Source: Gammaproteobacteria bacterium
GTDB taxonomy: Bacteria; Pseudomonadota; Gammaproteobacteria; JBCCGL01
Length of the DNA stretch: 64,000 nt
Assembly (NCBI GenBank): GCA_965277715.1
Contig: OZ255836.1
Span: 3,232,001 to 3,296,000 of the forward strand
Reading direction: 5' to 3'
Under the pieces are notes generated by a model. The model worked only from the letters and a program-made list of their open reading frames with translations, made no database searches and had not been told where the DNA came from. Of this stretch, positions 54,901 through 60,945 are shown piece after piece (the stretch's first letter is position 1; every line of letters begins with the position of its first letter). The position numbers and the translations under genes are program-made.

Positions 54901-56705
54901 CCACCTCAACGCTGGATGGCGGTGCGGGCCAGGACACCCTGAACCTGACCGCCGGGGGCAGCTATGACCTGAGCAATGCCATGGGCATTGAAAATATCCA
55001 CGCCACAACGGCGGCGAATGTCAGCGTCCGTATAGGCAGTGGCACGGATGACCTGGATATATTCCTGCACGAAGACAATGTCGATACCCTGATTGGCAGC
55101 ACGGTGGCCAGTAGTCTGAATATCAATATCAGCCGCGATGCCTTTGTCGACTACCTGCACCAGAACCGCAGTGATTACGGCCTCGACAAAAACGACAACG
55201 GCGACGATACCCTCACCTACCAAGGCCATACCTTTACCCTGCGGGATATCGATACGCTGGCGTTTAACGATGGTCAACAACTCTATTTGGATACGCGCAA
55301 TAATGCACCGATCCGGGTGGGTGACGGTGCCACCTTTAGTGGTTTTGAAGACGTGGCATTGACGCTGGATACCGCCGTGATGGTGGGTCAATACTACGAT
55401 ATTGAGCGGGAGGCATTAACCGTCAACCAGTACAGCGTAACGGTTGCAGGGGATATTGACGGTGCATGGAATGTGGTGCAATTGGGTGAGAATATTCACG
55501 GTAGCCGCTCGGGGACTTACAGTGTTTCAGACGGGCACAATACCTCGGTGACTAACAGCCTTACTACGGATTTCCAGCCGGTGAATGATGCACCTACCAT
55601 AAGACAGTTCTATTACACTAAACAGATATATGGTCTGAGTAATAATCGTGTTGACCGTGTCTATTTTGAAGTAACAGATAGTGACAACTCTGGTGATCAA
55701 CTCAATATAACGGCATCTGGAAATGGGGCACAAACCCCAGTGCGTTACTCGATATCCGGCAATACGGCGAATTTTTATGTCGATGTGTACGGGGTGTTAT
55801 TTGGTCGAGGAACCGGGGTCGGGGTCAATCACAATCAATTTACCGCTACCGCTGGGGATATATCAGGTGCTCAGGTAAGTATCACTGCTGGATTGAACTA
55901 TTTGCGTAGCTTCTATGGATCAAACGGTGGCTGTACAGGACAGGATTGTCATGGTGGAAATAATAGACCCATTTTCCTCGATTTAAATAACGACGGTTTC
56001 GCTTTTGAGGCCAATGCCGTCAACTTTGATTACGACAGCGATGGCACACTGGAGACCGGCGCCTGGCTGGCCGACAGCGCTGACGGCGTCCTCGCCATCG
56101 ACTACGACGGCGACGGCATTGTCACCCACGGCCATGAAATTGCCTTTGCCGATTGGCACCCGGATGCACAAACCGACCTGCACGGCCTGCAACTGGCCTT
56201 TGACACTAACCAGGATGGCCTGCTGAATGCACAGGACGAGCGCTGGCACGAATTCGGCGTATGGCGGGACGCCAACAGCGACGGCATCACCGACAACGGC
56301 GAATTCCTCAGCCTCGAAGCCATGGGTATCGAAACCTTCTACCTGGTCTCTGATAACGAATACCGCCAATTCGACGGCGTGGATGTACACGGCATCGGCC
56401 AGTTTGAATACACCGATGGTCGCCGCAGCGACTTTGCCGATGCCACGGTGTACTATCACGACGACGAACCAGAAACCCCGACACCAGCGCCTGGTGAAAC
56501 AACCCCCGCTGTGGCCAGTACCGAAGATTCACCCCCTCCCGCATTGATCGACCCCAACGAGGAAGCCGATGCCATCGCCAACCAATTGGCCAGCATCATC
56601 AACCAACTGGCGGGCAGTGCGCTGAGCGACAGCGAACACGGTATCGTCGAGACGACCGAACCGGCTCACGATTATGTTGATGACCATGACACCCTGGTAG
56701 GGTAA
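39936..56705 (+). CDS. Giant 5,589-aa T1SS-secreted RTX protein (toxin/adhesin hybrid)
   Basis: LysM (~41079-41217), Gly-rich hydrophobic helices (~41820-42250), GGxGxD repeats (~43680-44490 and ~54410-54950), 26 DTDGSE Ig-like repeats, FrpC SPM-like domain; adjacent hlyB/hlyD/hlyC-like genes. Confidence 0.93.
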   Translation: MNIYDILNVESVDRLTSADVNIMQSLLDNGQRAEVYLYYNQRTGGHANDAMVMQAGITTYTGAIGGAALEGNYQARIENPGGYNLGLDDFSAFIVQGVIDAVESDINGDFAPGSGTGILTGDQIFSSDYGQWRSLELGDAFPGNIYQIDNEWDPLFFDDNEEWSIDGFIEDLEHNADFVGGAVNNALEAGLGALHLGKRFDEFPAEQYDRIVYDDNVILFVNKATGGVDGVWDSSNIGNILIAGTAVVDNIISDDYTNGDALDVDGAAFREREDKWEFMGANGREYDPSKEYDGSTVYTQSVENVLDFFKERGINVENVEDIYKLYRAIKEADINNVPLSDYLSRFGLEETVSTFTDNGDTEEDNNFIDGPTDHADSPQATTYQLQDGDTLSQIAADNGTTVEALLAANPQITDPNAIRAGDTLVIPTQENTSPTENDQHSDTPHYNNAGNPHSDDQAAATNGQDVSGTESAIAGGYSSGGEGEFAGTPIDGLAVYDNEDQLDDSPYVASPDATPEDLANDDYDPDYDAYTDQGDSSSSYSSPGNPHYDAGDVLAEHNQAQGIGSSIATGIDNLINANNNLNDFERFALSTVLQTGTQNIISESYSDLAETMSVEEITGFEDFFDDLGSTALNVGAGMLTGAITADLVSELGWNEEWSAVAGSALNVGVGAVVDSFIAEGVGAISSVGDTFTGAYSASGIGNIGTNIVVNIATSELMESLGIGQTKTGALFATIGSIIGQIFIPIPFLGAAIGQVIGGLIGDLFSSPPPPPQAEITLSFNADTEEYEQTGGWGEHGGNPASLTGGGEHLSAMVEQYQLLLESYGGQLANRHELPDVVLGFRGNEQYIMVNGEQVGTMSEHGFKSATGSLLNEMVIEGGNSYLNHVLYSDVPPAELGDLLSSAQQRILYDNNPASKGVIDALLAEQSETMQRYDELSARQAQLESEIAHLEIEINRLSNPPRVNVDKGEWVEGEISPASYAAIARYSASLAEAHEELTNVEAGLLSLLDVEAIDAAQATLRDLHEQLEAYGQEAEISTLSADDLHALATIEGQINSTQVVLETAGASLQQAQHWHSVLAQTAPYQDMLSSEHELDDATRFDYELSYLNGIRSQNDEAQFSLHDTDLSDLVLVRDGDALTLYNRRGFDTDTPLDALPAMTFDDFGQWTNDRINLTFTNSDGEVVETSFFIGQLFDVAEQVNDGEPVDTLDMAVIVAGLYSDYLGAQMTPDEALALRFGGLGSIDTAGSRQGGAGDELLFAYSGAVYAGGGNDVVVANEAANSIDGGSGEDVVSYLHSEEGVSVNLASGEGQGGHAEGDTYENIEHAVGSRHNDQLTGDGNSNRLSGMEGDDILAGGGGGDTLIGGSGQDTADYSASGEGVNVWLSGSQRDTGAEIAGHGQYSDAQGDSLAGIEHIQGSDHDDLLVGNANTNLLWGGEGSDTLRAGGGDDQLVGGQGADRLYGGGDKDKLFGGEGRDYLSGGSGDDSLLGGRGDDALLGGEGDDVLYGEAGDDLLVGGAGDDTAVFSGRYTDYQFAVTDETLSILGADGTDTLLEMEYLHFLGDVDTDLVRVDHLMAMLKDQQREDEEEVDDGAPNRSNGNTFNLAGVSAASLIATFMAAQAAARENPDLQGETPDTLFTQGQTPSDEDEQTTEAGTANPAPQFNEVEASGTQANGALPLPTQSGLTAGTGVPPIGDPLTQPGDTTGAPTNPANGQPPTDTAEGLAGEGGNPAQTNTTEAPIAEEAEASEGTPPEDPAEQPATDPLPPITRPFLAPSVTLANRVTQEDQSIALQIDVNGNNALELISVFIDGLPQNAHLSAGTQQSDGRWRLSLNELAGLTLTPAADDDRDIRLSVSVTTQNLADGRIATVEQPLIIDVQARADTPVLTVGDAQGDEDTAIALSIQSLLTDTDGSETQSIEIANVPAGARLNQGAPIGGGVWQLRPEQLSGLTLTPPADSDEAITLQITSTSRETENGNSVQRTATLTVTVNAVADTPQLLVQAVQGDEDTAIGLNIQSTRVDTDGSETQYIEIANLPTGAHLNQGIDLGNGTWRLRPEQLTGLSLTPAANSSEALALTVTAYSVETGNGASTQTSATLHVVVNAVADAPVLTAQAATGSEDTAIALAIQSALTDTDGSETQTLEIANVPAGATLSQGVDLGNGRWRLTPEQLSGLRLTPAANSDQDFVLNITAFSRDANGSEAQSTTTLAVNIIAGADAPVLTVQAAQGPEDTAIALNIQAALSDTDNSERLSVEIANVPAGARLNRGADLVDGRWQLTAEDLSGLTLTPATNSGEHIALAVTAISTERVNGAESRISTTLNIAVDAVADAPQLATQAAQGVEDSAINLNIQSVLSDTDSSETQHIEIGNIPTGARLNQGVLQSNGTWRLNPEQLSGLTITPPANSAENIALTVTAYSTESANGDVAQTRTTLNVSVDAVSDAPQLAVQAARGAEDSAIALNIQSVLSDTDGSETQHIEIANIPTGASLNQGVLQSNGAWRLNPEQLSGLTITPPANSAENIALTVTAYSTENANGDVAQTRATLNVSVDAVADAPQLAAQAARGAEDSAIALNIQSALTDADGSETLHIDIANLPVGANLNRGTQQSDGSWRLTPAELAGLTITPPANSDENFELTVTAYSTESEGGDTAQTTATLNVVVDAVADAPVLSVQAARGVEDTAIALTIQSALTDTDGSETQYIEIANIPTGASLNQGVLQSNGAWRLNPEQLSGLTITPPANSAEDIALTVTAYSTESRGGDVAQTTATLNVVVDAVADAPVLSVQAARGVEDTAIALTIQSVLSDTDGSETQYIEIANIPTGASLNQGVLQSNGAWRLNPEQLSGLTITPPTNSAEDIALTVTAYSTENANGDVAQTRATLNVSVDAVADTPQLAVQAARGAEDSAIALNIQSVLSDTDGSETQYIEIANIPTGASLNQGALQSNGTWRLTPEQLSGLTITPPANSAEDIALTVTAYSTENENDDVAQTRTTLNITVDAVADAPLLQTVAATGLEDTDIALTIQPSLVDTDGSETLRVRISDLPTGASLNQGTRQVDGSWLLSAAELSGLHITPAPNDHSDFTLTVTAYSTESGGDEAQRSVALPVTVQAVADAPTVLASPALGSEDQAIALSIQLNLIDASEQVSIRISDLPTGSVLNQGERQSDGSYQLTAAELSGLSITAPPHSDTDFALTVTATTQEANGTQADTTVSLPVTVTAVADGPDLTVQAAEGDEDATIALNIQSALIDTDGSETLHIDIGNLPAGASLNRGTQQSDGSWRLTPAELAGLTITPPANSDEDFELTVTAYSTESRGGDVAQTTATLNVVVDAVADAPTLVVQAAQGNEDTAIALNIQSALIDTDGSETLHIDIANLPAGASLNRGTQQSDGSWRLTPAELAGLTITPPANSDEDFELTVTAYSTESRGGDVAQTTATLNVVVDAVADAPTLVVQAAQGNEDTAIALDIQSALTDTDGSETLHIDIANLPVGASLNRGTQQSDGSWRLTPAELAGLAITPPANSGEDFELTVTAYSTESRGGDVAQTTATLNVVVDAIADTPTLVVQAAQGNEDTAIALNIQSTLTDTDGSETLHIDIANLPAGASLNKGTQQSDGTWRLIPAELAGLTITPPANSDEDFELTVTAYSTESEGGDTTQTTATLNVVVDAIADTPTLVVQAAQGNEDTAIALNIQSTLTDTDGSETLHIDIANLPAGASLNKGIQQSDGSWRLTLAELTGLSITPPANSDENFELTVTAYSTESGGGDTTQTTATLNVVVDAVADAPTLTVQASQGNEDTAIALDIQSALTDTDGSETLHIDIANLPAGASLNKGTQQSDGTWRLTPVELAGLTITPPANSDEDFELTVTAYSTESEGGDTTQTTATLNVVVDAVADAPTLAVQAAQGNEDTAIALNIQSTLTDTDGSETLHIDIANLPAGASLNKGTQQSDGTWRLIPAELAGLTITPPANSDEDFELTVTAYSTESEGGDTTQTTATLNVVVDAIADTPTLVVQAAQGNEDTAIALNIQSALTDTDGSETLHIDIANLPVGASLNRGIQQSDGSWRLTPTELAGLTITPPANSDKDFALTVTAYSTESRGGDTIQTTSTLNVVVDAAADAPVLTVQAARGNEDTDIALNIQSTLIDIDGSETLHIDIGNLPVGASLNRGIDRGNGTWRLTPAELAGLTITPPANSDKDFELTVTAYSTESRGDDTAQTTATLNVVVDAVADAPTLAVQAAQGNEDSTIALNIQSTLIDTDGSETLAIEIANLPAGANLSRGIDQGNGTWRLTPAELAGLAITPPVNSDKDFELTVTAYSTESRGGDVAQTTTTLNVVVDAVADMPTLTVQAAQGNEDTAIALNIQSALIDTDGSETLAIEIANLPAGASLNRGIQQSDGTWLLTREQLTGLTVTPPANSDQNFNLAITAYSREGTNGPVAQRSATLPVTVNAVADTPTLVVQSAQGNEDTAIALNIQSALIDTDGSETLAIEIANLPAGASLNRGVQQSDGSWLLTREQLTGLTVTPPANSDQNFNLAITAYSREGTNGPVAQRSATLPVTVNAVADAPTLVVQSAQGNEDTAIALNIQSALTDTDGSESLTIVVSGLPAGARLNHGTDLNNGSWQLTPAQLSGLTFTPPTNSDQDFNLTVTAYSREGANGSMAQRSATVPVTVNAVADAVQINLQVPNTAPTADLQVSVANGLGGQRIDGTFSHDSITGTAGNDVIDTEQFIQIPISASFVGADTDGSETLSDQLLVKPPGYNAPVSLASIGAGLAYNAQGQAYLLVPGARAGQTLELTLQVTATELRGGDTQVTQNTLAVVVPTRTSQGDTVDAGAGNDTVYGGGGADILRGGAGNDAIYAGAGNDTLYGDSGADTLSGGSGNDTFYADFSDIVDGGSGSDTLNFIQSGTVAIGNISNIETIQLHSGNDLITVSNSNTRIDGGAGNNTLTFSGAGHTFNSSAFSGFTSVHINLTAAADILNLGDAGFITATSTLDGGAGQDTLNLTAGGSYDLSNAMGIENIHATTAANVSVRIGSGTDDLDIFLHEDNVDTLIGSTVASSLNINISRDAFVDYLHQNRSDYGLDKNDNGDDTLTYQGHTFTLRDIDTLAFNDGQQLYLDTRNNAPIRVGDGATFSGFEDVALTLDTAVMVGQYYDIEREALTVNQYSVTVAGDIDGAWNVVQLGENIHGSRSGTYSVSDGHNTSVTNSLTTDFQPVNDAPTIRQFYYTKQIYGLSNNRVDRVYFEVTDSDNSGDQLNITASGNGAQTPVRYSISGNTANFYVDVYGVLFGRGTGVGVNHNQFTATAGDISGAQVSITAGLNYLRSFYGSNGGCTGQDCHGGNNRPIFLDLNNDGFAFEANAVNFDYDSDGTLETGAWLADSADGVLAIDYDGDGIVTHGHEIAFADWHPDAQTDLHGLQLAFDTNQDGLLNAQDERWHEFGVWRDANSDGITDNGEFLSLEAMGIETFYLVSDNEYRQFDGVDVHGIGQFEYTDGRRSDFADATVYYHDDEPETPTPAPGETTPAVASTEDSPPPALIDPNEEADAIANQLASIINQLAGSALSDSEHGIVETTEPAHDYVDDHDTLVG
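45250..53965 (+). repeat. Tandem array of 26 ~336-bp (~112-aa) Ig/cadherin-like coding repeats
   Basis: Recurrent G.EDTAIALNIQS.L.DTDGSE...DAVADAP at ~336-bp period, counted by hand. Confidence 0.9.
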
Positions 56706-56741
56706 AACGGTATGTAATTCCCCACTAACACGGAAAACCAA

Positions 56742-58904
56742 ATGATAAAAAAAATGGAGCCTCTGCCACCGGTTGATTCGGCGTTTCAATGTTTTGCCCT
56801 GTCGTTGCACTTGCTGGGTATCCAGGTGGATACCACGATTCTGCGGCGTGACTACGGCAAGGCGGAACACTGGAACTCGACCGATATACTCCAGGCCGGG
56901 CAGCACTTGTTTTCCCTGAAAACCAAACGCCGCCGTGTGTCTAAACGCCAGCTCAAACGCCTGCCCACCCCCTGCATTCTCGAAGGCCGGGATGGTGAGT
57001 ACCTGCTGCTGATCAAATGGCAGGACGACGACCAGGCGATTGTGCAGCGACCGCTGCACAATAAAGGTGAACAACTGGACGCGCACGCGCTGCATGATCT
57101 GATCGGTGGCAAGGTAATTCTGCTGGCCAAAGGCCACAAGGTGGAGGAGAAGCCCTTCGGCCTCGGCTGGTTCTGGCGGGAGTTGCTCAAGCACCGCATG
57201 GCGTTTTCACAGGTGTTGTTGGCGGCGGTGATGTTGCAGGTGTTCGCCATGGTGACGCCGCTGTTTTCCATGATTGTGATGGATAAGGTGTTTTCATCCA
57301 GTGGTTACAGCACGCTGGATGTGCTGTTTGTCGGCCTGCTGGTGATTACTGTGTTTGACTTTCTTATCGGTCTGTTCCGGCGGCATTTACTCACCCACGC
57401 CACCACCAAGGTCGATGTGATTCTGGCGGCGCGGGTGTTTCGCCACCTGCTGCATTTGCCCATTGGTTTTTTTACCCAGCGGCAAACCGGTGATACCGTC
57501 ACCCGCGTGCGCGAGCTGGAGAGCATCCGCACGTTTATTACCGGCAGCGGTTTAACGGTGTTGATCGACTTCCCGTTCGCGTTTTTATTGGCAGGCTTGA
57601 TGTATTTATTTAGCCCGCTGTTGACGGTGGTAGTGCTGATCGGCGTGGCCCTGTGTTTTGTGGTGTACGCGATTACCTCGCCGTTCCTGAAAGACCAAAT
57701 GCAGGAAAAATACAAAATGCACACCGATAACCAGTCGTATCTGGTCGAGACGGTGCGCGGTATGGATACCCTCAAGGCGCTGGCACTGGAGCCACAAATG
57801 CAGCGGCGCTGGGAAAATCAGGTGGCGGAACACAGCCGCTTTGCCTACTTCAGTGAACGCCTGTCGACTAACGTGGGACAGCTCGGCACGATTATCAACA
57901 AAGGCACTATCGCCATCACCATGTGGTTGGGGGCCACCGCCGTGCTCGACGGGCAGATGACACCGGGGCAAATGATCGCGGTGAATATGCTGGCGGGCCG
58001 GGTGATGGCGCCGTCGATGCGCATTGCGCAAATGCTGCAACAACTGCATCAGGTCAAAATTTCGGTGCGGCGCCTGCGCGAGGTATTCGATACCCCCCAG
58101 GAGGTGGGGGTGAATAGCGAGCACGCCATGCAGCCGGATATCAAGGGCCAGATCGTGTTTGATAAGGTCTCCTTTCGCTACACAGAGCAAAGCTCCCTGG
58201 TGTTGGAAGATATCGACTTTACCGCCAAAGCGGGTGAGATTATCGGTATCGCCGGGCACTCAGGCTCTGGTAAAACCACCCTGCTGAGCCTGCTGTTGCG
58301 GTTGTACTCCCCCAGTAGCGGCAAAGTGCTGCTGGACGGTATGAACCTGGCGCAGCTCGACCCCAACTGGATTCGCCGCCATATTGGCGTGGTGCTGCAA
58401 GACAATTTCCTGTTCAATCTGTCGGTGCGGGACAACATCGCCATCGCCGACAGCAACCTCTCGCAGGCGCGTATCGAGCAGGCGGCGGTGCTGGCCGGGG
58501 CCGATGGGTTTATCCGCGCCCTGCCACAGGCTTACGATACCGTGGTGGGGGAAAAGGGTGTATTGCTGTCGGTGGGTCAGCGTCAGCGCATCGCCATTGC
58601 CAGGGCATTGGTGATGGAACCCAAATTACTGCTATGGGACGAAGCCACCAGCGCGCTGGATACCGAGGCCGAGCGGTTGATACAAACCAATATGCGCGAG
58701 ATATGCCGTGGCAAAACCGTCTTCCTGGTCGCGCACCGCTTATCGACATTGCGCTGTGCCGACCGTTTACTGGTGATGAAAAATGGCCGTATCGTCGAGC
58801 AGGGTAGCTGGAATGCGCTGCTGGCGAAAAAAGACGGCGTATTCCGGCGCAGCTGCGAGATGCAAATGGCCAAAGTCAATAAAAAAACCGACAAGGTGGC
58901 GTGA
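56742..58904 (+). CDS. T1SS ABC transporter, HlyB family (C39-like domain without the canonical catalytic Cys)
   Basis: VDSAFQC N-domain, TM region, GHSGSGKTT, LSVGQRQR, DEATSALD. Confidence 0.95.
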   Translation: MIKKMEPLPPVDSAFQCFALSLHLLGIQVDTTILRRDYGKAEHWNSTDILQAGQHLFSLKTKRRRVSKRQLKRLPTPCILEGRDGEYLLLIKWQDDDQAIVQRPLHNKGEQLDAHALHDLIGGKVILLAKGHKVEEKPFGLGWFWRELLKHRMAFSQVLLAAVMLQVFAMVTPLFSMIVMDKVFSSSGYSTLDVLFVGLLVITVFDFLIGLFRRHLLTHATTKVDVILAARVFRHLLHLPIGFFTQRQTGDTVTRVRELESIRTFITGSGLTVLIDFPFAFLLAGLMYLFSPLLTVVVLIGVALCFVVYAITSPFLKDQMQEKYKMHTDNQSYLVETVRGMDTLKALALEPQMQRRWENQVAEHSRFAYFSERLSTNVGQLGTIINKGTIAITMWLGATAVLDGQMTPGQMIAVNMLAGRVMAPSMRIAQMLQQLHQVKISVRRLREVFDTPQEVGVNSEHAMQPDIKGQIVFDKVSFRYTEQSSLVLEDIDFTAKAGEIIGIAGHSGSGKTTLLSLLLRLYSPSSGKVLLDGMNLAQLDPNWIRRHIGVVLQDNFLFNLSVRDNIAIADSNLSQARIEQAAVLAGADGFIRALPQAYDTVVGEKGVLLSVGQRQRIAIARALVMEPKLLLWDEATSALDTEAERLIQTNMREICRGKTVFLVAHRLSTLRCADRLLVMKNGRIVEQGSWNALLAKKDGVFRRSCEMQMAKVNKKTDKVA

Positions 58905-58941
58905 TGAATCAGCCGAATAAACGCTCCTCGACACCTCCAGA

Positions 58942-58997
58942 GACTGCCTCAAAAGCCCCTCTCCCGAGCTGGGAGAGGGGCTTTTGCGACACCCCCG
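58942..58997. repeat. Strong intergenic stem-loop between hlyB and hlyD (REP or mini-IS-like)
   Basis: CAAAAGCCCCTCTCCC-GAGCT-GGGAGAGGGGCTTTTG, 16-bp stem. Confidence 0.7.
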
Positions 58998-59039
58998 GGA
59001 GGCAGCGTGTAAAGAAGGAGTCGGGAGGCTCAGTACCCC

Positions 59040-60371
59040 ATGAGTAAGCAGTATATAGAAAGTGATTTCCTCACCGGCATCGAGAGTATTCTCGCGGCGC
59101 GTTTATCGCTGTCTGCCTGGCTGGTCACCGGGTCACTGTTGGCGCTGGTCTCGGCGCTGTTGGTGTGGGCCTGGCTGGCGGAGGTCGATGTGGTGTCCCC
59201 GGCTACCGGGGAGGTGGTCACCCGTGCCGGGGTGCAGTTGATCCAGCCCAAAGAGCTGGGCGTGATTGCCGAGATACACGTTAGAGATGGCGATGCTGTC
59301 AGCCAGGGTCAATTGCTGGTGCAGTTGAGCGACTCACTACTCACCACCGAGCTGGACCAAGTAGCGCAGGAGGTCATGCAGCTGCGCTTGCAACGGCTGC
59401 GTCTCACCGCCATGAAACAATGCCTCGCCGGGCAGGTATGTAACCGGGAGTTACCCGATCAGGACGATATTGACCCAGACCAGCAGGATCAGGTCGAGTC
59501 CCTGCACTGGCTACAGTGGCAACACTACACCGCCCAGGTTGAGCTGCGTGAACACCGCCTGTTGGTGGCGAAAAGCGAGCTAAGCAAACAATCCCAGGAA
59601 GTGCGCAACGCCGAGGAGATGATGCCGTTTTACGTCAAGCGGGACGAGCGTATGCAGGCGATGGTCGAGGGTAGCCTCGCGGCGCAAAGCAAAGTCGAAG
59701 AGGCGCGTGAAAACCGCCTGCTGCAAAGACAACAACTGGACAACCACAAAATGGCGCTGCACAAAGTCTACGCCAGTGTTAATGTCGCCGAGCGCGAGCT
59801 TAACGCCTACCGCAGGGAATACGAAGAGCAGGTGCACACACAATGGTTTGAAGCCCAATCACAGCTTTCTGTCAAACAAAAGGAGATGGCCAAGCTCCAG
59901 CGCTATATTGCCGAGAAACGCCTGCTCAGCCCTATCGACGGGGTGATTTACGATAGCGCTGTGTCGACCCGCTCGGGCGTTGTGCAATCGGGCGAGGTGT
60001 TAATGAAGGTTGTACCCAGAAATGTGGCGCTGGAAGTGGCGATCAAAATTGCCAATAAAGACATTGGCTTTGTCAGTACCGGGGACAAGGTAAAGGTAAA
60101 AATCGACGCCTACAACTTTACCAAACACGGCTCTATCGTCGGGGTGATCAGCCACATTTCCGAGGCGGCGGTGCTCGATGAACAGCTTGGCCCGGTATAC
60201 CCGGCAACCGTGCGCATCGAGCGCTCGGATATTAGCGTGAATGGTAAGCAGGCGGCGATTATTCCAGGCATGACCGCCGTGGTCGATATTTACCAGGGCA
60301 AACGGTTGTTGGCCGAGTATGTGCTGGCACCGTTGATGCGCTATAAAGATGAGGCGTTGCGGGAGCGGTGA
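59040..60371 (+). CDS. T1SS membrane fusion protein, HlyD family
   Basis: N-terminal TM helix, VRDGDAVSQGQLL, coiled coil, SPIDG, NKDIGFV, PGMT. Confidence 0.95.
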   Translation: MSKQYIESDFLTGIESILAARLSLSAWLVTGSLLALVSALLVWAWLAEVDVVSPATGEVVTRAGVQLIQPKELGVIAEIHVRDGDAVSQGQLLVQLSDSLLTTELDQVAQEVMQLRLQRLRLTAMKQCLAGQVCNRELPDQDDIDPDQQDQVESLHWLQWQHYTAQVELREHRLLVAKSELSKQSQEVRNAEEMMPFYVKRDERMQAMVEGSLAAQSKVEEARENRLLQRQQLDNHKMALHKVYASVNVAERELNAYRREYEEQVHTQWFEAQSQLSVKQKEMAKLQRYIAEKRLLSPIDGVIYDSAVSTRSGVVQSGEVLMKVVPRNVALEVAIKIANKDIGFVSTGDKVKVKIDAYNFTKHGSIVGVISHISEAAVLDEQLGPVYPATVRIERSDISVNGKQAAIIPGMTAVVDIYQGKRLLAEYVLAPLMRYKDEALRER

Positions 60372-60409
60372 AGGGTGAAATCGATTAATTATTTTATGGG
60401 GGTTTTTTT

Positions 60410-60841
60410 GTGAGTGAAGGGGATAATAAACAAACGATGGCGGGTGTGCTGGGGGAGGTTGTGTGGTTGATGCATAAGTCGCCCTCGCACCGGCAGGTGC
60501 TGATTGCGGAGTTGGATTGGTTGGTTATGCAGCCTATTTTGTTAAATCAATACCGCATTTATCACAAAGAGGGCAAGCCCGTCGGTGTGGTGTTTTGGGC
60601 CAGTGTGGATGATGATACCGCGCAGCGTTTGGGCCAGGGCAAGGCAAAGCTACGCAACCACGAGTGGAAGAGTGGCAGTAACTACTGGATTGTCGATGTG
60701 CTGGCGCCGTTTGGTAATGCCCAGTATTTTGTCGATGAAATGGCTAATAGCCTTTTTTCCGGTAAAGTATTCAGTTACTTGCAAACAGCGGCGGATGGCA
60801 CGCAAAAAATTGTAGAGGTCAATGCCGGTAAACCGCATTAA
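60410..60841 (+). CDS. RTX toxin-activating lysine acyltransferase (HlyC family), copy 1
   Basis: LGEVVWLM.KSPSH, P.LLNQY, WA, WKSG..YWIVD.LAPFG. Confidence 0.92.
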   Translation: MSEGDNKQTMAGVLGEVVWLMHKSPSHRQVLIAELDWLVMQPILLNQYRIYHKEGKPVGVVFWASVDDDTAQRLGQGKAKLRNHEWKSGSNYWIVDVLAPFGNAQYFVDEMANSLFSGKVFSYLQTAADGTQKIVEVNAGKPH

Positions 60842-60945
60842 ATGTTGTCTCCACCCTTATTACAAGGGTGCCGTAATGTGCCTCTCCCTGAAGATGAGAA
60901 ACTTTTAAGATACGCTTTATATTGGATAAAAACAGGTTAATAAAG

